Source of the DNA: an uncultured Rhodohalobacter sp.
GTDB lineage: Bacteria > Bacteroidota > Rhodothermia > Balneolales > Balneolaceae
Assembly: GCA_964401805.1 (NCBI GenBank)
Contig: CAYNZY010000007.1
Location: 20,982-84,981, forward strand
Reading direction: 5' to 3'
Length of the DNA: 64,000 nt
The notes beneath the pieces are model-generated. The model was not told the DNA's origin and ran no database searches. It worked only from the letters and a program-made list of their open reading frames with translations. This document shows, one piece after another, positions 62,455 to 64,000 of the stretch. The position numbers and the translations under genes were made by a program. How positions within the stretch are numbered: position 1 is the stretch's first letter; each line of letters opens with the position of its first letter.

Positions 62455-63833
62455 TTCACAAACACTCTGTAATCCCATGGTTCTAATTCAAGAGTTGAAT
62501 TTTCATCAAACTCGACAGGTTCATCACTAAAATAATTAACGTATTCGCCGTGATGAAGAGATTCAGTAAATGCCACAGAATTCAACTCATCAGAAAAATT
62601 AAATACTGCAAAAACTTTACTTTGGTCATCTTCCCGGACAAAACTCAGCACACTCTCTTCTGCCGTATTCGGAACTCGTATCATCGTTGCGCCCCATTCT
62701 GAGTGCCACAACGCAGAGTTCTCCTTCATCAGGACAAAAAGCTTTTGATATAGCTCACCGATTGGATGTTCCTGCCACTCGATCGGATCCTTTTCAAAAA
62801 ACTCCAGCCTGCGATCATTTCCGGCTTCCTGGCCATTATAAATCAGCGGCATTCCCTCACCCACAACAGAGAGAACTATGGCCGCTTCCAAACCATCTCC
62901 AAAGTTCTCATACATGGTGCCTTCCCATGCATTCTTATCGTGATTGCTTACAAAGGTCATCCGCATACTCTTTTTGGGAAACGCGCTCTCATTCCAGGAG
63001 TAGTAGACATAGAGCGGACTCAGATCTTCAGCATCACCTGTAGTTATTTGTTCCACAGCTTCGTACCAGCTCCACGCGTAGGTCATGTCAAATGCTTCGG
63101 CATGCAGGTCGCGAGATTCCCACTCGGCCAGCATAAAAACCGGCTTTACCTCTTCCAGTTCACGGCGCACGTTATTCCAGAATTCGACCGGGACAAATCC
63201 TGCAACATCGGCACGGAAACCATCAACGTCGGCCTCCTCAACCCAATACTTCATCGCCTCGGTCATATACTCCCTCACTTCCGGTTTGCTGTAATCCAGA
63301 TCAATGATATCGGACCAGTCCCACCAGGGTGTCGGACGGAAATCTCCTTTCCAGTCGCGTGCGTACCACTCCGGATGCTCCTCAACCAGATGGTTATCCC
63401 ACGCGGTGTGATTGGCCACCCAATCCAAGATCACATACATGCCCAGCTCGTGAGCCCGGTCCACAAACTGCTTCAGATCTTCCAAGTCACCGAACTCCGG
63501 ATTGACGCTGTAATAATCCTTCACCGAGTATGGACTTCCCAATGTTCCTTTCCGGTTTTGTTCACCAATTTCGTGAATCGGCATCAGCCAGAGAATATCC
63601 ACGCCCAGATCCTTCAGGCGAGGCAAATGTTCCTCCGCCGCACTGAATGTTCCCTCTTCGGTAAACTGCCGGGTGTTGATCTGATAGATGGCGGCATTTT
63701 TACTCCATTCAGGGTGATCAAGCTTTACATAGGATTGCGGCTGATATGGATTTGTGTTTTCTGAACAAGCTGACATCATGAATAAACTGAAGATTATGAA
63801 AATTGGGAATTTGAGAAATTGTACTTGCATCAT
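62451..63833 (-). CDS. GH13 alpha-amylase family lipoprotein
   Basis: Lipobox MSAC, LWLMPI, DWVANH, DGFRADVA, LAE, FVSNHD. Start taken at ATG 63833/63830. Confidence 0.92.
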   Translation of the reverse strand: MMQVQFLKFPIFIIFSLFMMSACSENTNPYQPQSYVKLDHPEWSKNAAIYQINTRQFTEEGTFSAAEEHLPRLKDLGVDILWLMPIHEIGEQNRKGTLGSPYSVKDYYSVNPEFGDLEDLKQFVDRAHELGMYVILDWVANHTAWDNHLVEEHPEWYARDWKGDFRPTPWWDWSDIIDLDYSKPEVREYMTEAMKYWVEEADVDGFRADVAGFVPVEFWNNVRRELEEVKPVFMLAEWESRDLHAEAFDMTYAWSWYEAVEQITTGDAEDLSPLYVYYSWNESAFPKKSMRMTFVSNHDKNAWEGTMYENFGDGLEAAIVLSVVGEGMPLIYNGQEAGNDRRLEFFEKDPIEWQEHPIGELYQKLFVLMKENSALWHSEWGATMIRVPNTAEESVLSFVREDDQSKVFAVFNFSDELNSVAFTESLHHGEYVNYFSDEPVEFDENSTLELEPWDYRVFVK

Positions 63834-63917
63834 GGCACTCTTGTCAAAATGAAATTCTGATCGAAAATCGACATACTTATTCAATTAATAAATTTTTAAA
63901 TATATATGACACATGAC

Positions 63918-63985
63918 CTTAGTGATGCTTCGTGGCAAATGCGACAGCTTGCCACAAAGGCACAAAATCTCGAAGGGTCACAAAG
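63918..63985. repeat. CACnAAG-unit hairpin repeat, family D-like
   Basis: CTTAGTGATGCTTCGTGGCAA...TTGCCACAAAGGCACAAA..GTCACAAAG. Confidence 0.5.
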
Positions 63986-64000
63986 CGAACTTTAATTATA

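Noticed and set aside
62766-63764. 332-aa + strand ORF
   Set aside because: It lies wholly antisense to the well-supported GH13 gene and has no recognisable motifs; it is a shadow of biased codon usage.

Overview
Gene-dense bacterial chromosome segment. Gene content and signal-peptide style point to the FCB group, most like Balneolota/Rhodothermota (inference). It holds about 47 CDS, and I found no rRNA, tRNA or CRISPR array. The first ~40 kb is mostly housekeeping: gltB, pgk, lemA/TPM, an Lrp regulator with a Met/Cys PLP lyase, pabB, pyrD, an SprE/PorW-like TPR lipoprotein, pyk, a GWxTD protein, peptidases, a two-component pair, rarA, pccB and a TonB-dependent receptor. 40-48.5 kb is a protein quality-control cluster (clpB, CbpA-type DnaJ, DegP, Hsp20); three of these genes carry sigma54-type -24/-12 promoters and a shared upstream motif. 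48.7-50 kb is a solo Y1 (IS200-like/RAYT-like) transposase among three copies of a three-hairpin REP-like element, and three other REP-like hairpin families are scattered through the window. The best candidate for an undescribed system is 52.4-62.5 kb. There, an ECF sigma factor with a small zinc-finger anti-sigma sits among genes sharing a promoter read directly from the sequence, GTAAG-N17-(C/T)(G/A)TC(T/C/A)A. Five exact-spacing copies precede the anti-sigma, two DUF3179 CxxT lipoproteins (one followed by a CxC beta-barrel gene), a DsrE-family protein and an exported thioredoxin, suggesting an envelope thiol/sulfur-redox regulon. All family assignments come from motif recognition by eye, not from database searches.
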